DNA from: Lama guanicoe | Lineage: Eukaryota | Direction of reading: 5' to 3' | Assembly (NCBI GenBank): GCA_013239625.1 | Contig: MU053493.1 | Coordinates: 691,793-755,792, forward strand | DNA length: 64,000 nt | Shown here: piece by piece, positions 63,701-64,000 of the stretch | Numbering within the stretch: position 1 is the stretch's first letter | Layout: every line of letters starts with the position of its first letter | Position numbers and translations under genes: made by a program | The notes under the pieces: model-generated | Databases searched by the model: none | What the model was told of the DNA's origin: nothing | What the model saw: only the letters and a program-made list of their open reading frames with translations

Positions 63701-64000
63701 ACTATTTGAATAAAAATGAGGTATTTCACAATGTTAGGCAGTGTATATTAGGACAAACTTTTCAAGGATTCCTCACTCAGCTTAAAACGCCTTTGTTGAC
63801 AGCACAGCCACTACTCACAGCTCGTGTCTTGAGCCCCTGGCGTCAGTCAGTCTTTGAGAGTGTTCCATCTGGCCCTGTTCTTTGGTTGTTTGCTCATCTA
63901 AGCCCACTTTACCCTGCATGACTGGGGAAGACTGCGGGGGTGGAAACATGTTTGGATTTCATTTGGAATCACTCACCCTATGTGCCAGGAATAACCAGGC

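Noticed and set aside
1..64000. NDN, MKRN3, snoRNA or miRNA genes expected in the Prader-Willi region
   Set aside because: No second MAGE ORF, RING/zinc-finger ORF or C/D-box array is visible. The neighbours presumably lie outside the window; small RNAs cannot be excluded without a covariance-model search.

Overview
Mammalian genomic DNA, most likely a camelid, because it carries six copies of a tRNA-Ala(AGC)-derived SINE resembling the camelid Vic-1 family. The only convincing gene is the intronless MAGEL2 (27193-30741, +, 1182 aa), which belongs to the imprinted Prader-Willi domain. It has a GC-box/CpG-rich promoter, a Pro-rich tandem-repeat N-terminus, a C-terminal MAGE homology domain and an AATAAA at 31168. 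The rest is transposon-dense intergenic DNA: many L1s of several ages (nested, twin-primed or internally deleted), L2/MIR fragments, MaLR and MLT2 LTRs, two solo ERV LTRs, a decayed ERV-L-type integrase with an LTR, and microsatellites. I found no clearly new biological system. The best leads are: (i) a small CpG cluster 1 kb past MAGEL2 where a CTCF motif overlaps one of two inverted ZFP57 hexamers; (ii) a TSD-flanked 2.8 kb ORF1-only L1 whose deletion ends at a splice-acceptor-like AG; (iii) conservation of the Schaaf-Yang C7 frameshift hotspot; (iv) a solo LTR with four CCAAT boxes at exact 24-bp spacing plus octamer and TATA motifs; (v) a possibly tandem or permuted ERV-L. Repeat family names come from recognition by eye and boundaries are approximate.
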